Of a stretch of DNA of 64,000 nucleotides, positions 63,320-64,000 are shown piece by piece. Both the position numbers and the translations under genes were made by a program. Source of the DNA: the human T2T-CHM13v2.0 reference genome, Homo sapiens. How positions within the stretch are numbered: the first letter of the stretch is position 1; each line of letters starts with the position of its first letter. The DNA lies in the NCBI RefSeq assembly GCF_009914755.1, contig NC_060939.1, one strand, 5' to 3'. The notes under the pieces are model-generated. The model did no database searches. It was not told the origin of the DNA and was given only the letters and a program-made list of their open reading frames with translations.

Positions 63320-64000
63320 CATTGATTGATTTTTTAATGTTAAACTAACCTTGCAGGTCTAGGATAACCACCACTGGTCATGATGTATTATTCTTTTTAT
63401 ACATTCACTGTTTTGATTCACTAACATTTTGTTAATCATTTTTGGGCATATGCTTATTGAGAATATTGTTTTATAATTTTCTTATAGCCTTTCTCCTTTT
63501 GGTGTATCAGGCTAATATTTCCCTCAAAAAATTAGCTGAGATTTCTGAGAGGATCTTTTTATGTTGGACTGGGATTATTTGTTTCTTAAATATTTGATAT
63601 AATTTATCAGTGTGCATGCTTCTGTGTTTGCATGGTATGTTGTATAAATGTCAATTAGTTCAAGTTTATTTACAATAGCATTCAAGTCTTATATATTTTA
63701 CTAATTTTCTGTCTGTCTGTTCTATCAACTTTTGAGAAAAGAGAGCTTAATGTTCCAGCTATAAGACTGGCCTATTCATCCTATCTGTTAACTTTTAGTA
63801 TACGTATTTTGCAGCTCTATCATTTGGTATGTGATTATTTTGACTTTTTCATGAATTAACTTAATAATTGTTATTTATCCCTGGTTATATTCCTTTAGTG
63901 TGAAGGAATCTTATGTTTTTTGTTTGACATGCAGCTTTCTTATAGTTAAAGTAATTTATCTGTGCTTTATATTTAAAGTGTGTTTATACCATCACTTTGT
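63320..64000 (-). mobile_element. Old L1M fragments
   Basis: aaccttgca..., cactggtcatgatgtatta, ttcaagtcttatatattttactaattttctgtctg. Confidence 0.6.

Overview
Primate (human or ape) genomic DNA: it carries AluY, L1PA4-like and LTR12 elements and is mostly interspersed repeat. I find no intact protein-coding gene, tRNA, rRNA or CRISPR array. Two non-repeat landmarks stand out. (1) A full-length, intronless retrocopy of NOP53 (GLTSCR2/PICT1) at 53557-55086 (+), with three frameshifts, its polyA signal, a 25-nt A tail and a short target-site duplication (TSD). (2) An orphan CpG island at ~42.9-43.6 kb with no recognisable coding exon. From memory only (not verified), a NOP53 pseudogene called LOC440311 lies at human 15q26.2 in the MCTP2-NR2F2 gene desert, which would fit this gene-free window. 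The rest is about 25 Alus, a full-length old L1PA15/16-like element (46.4-53.0 kb, minus), a twin-primed L1PA4-like insertion in an AluY tail, solo ERV1 LTRs (LOR1, LTR28/27-like, LTR1B, MER34-like, LTR12F), MaLR LTRs, and L2/MIR/L1M fragments. I cannot claim a new biological system. The best leads are a possible truncated NOP53 product that keeps the MTR4-binding motif, the CpG-rich state of the retrocopy, the orphan CpG island, and several clear traces of retrotransposition and repair mechanisms. Repeat subfamily names come from recalled consensus sequences, and the boundaries of old repeats are approximate.
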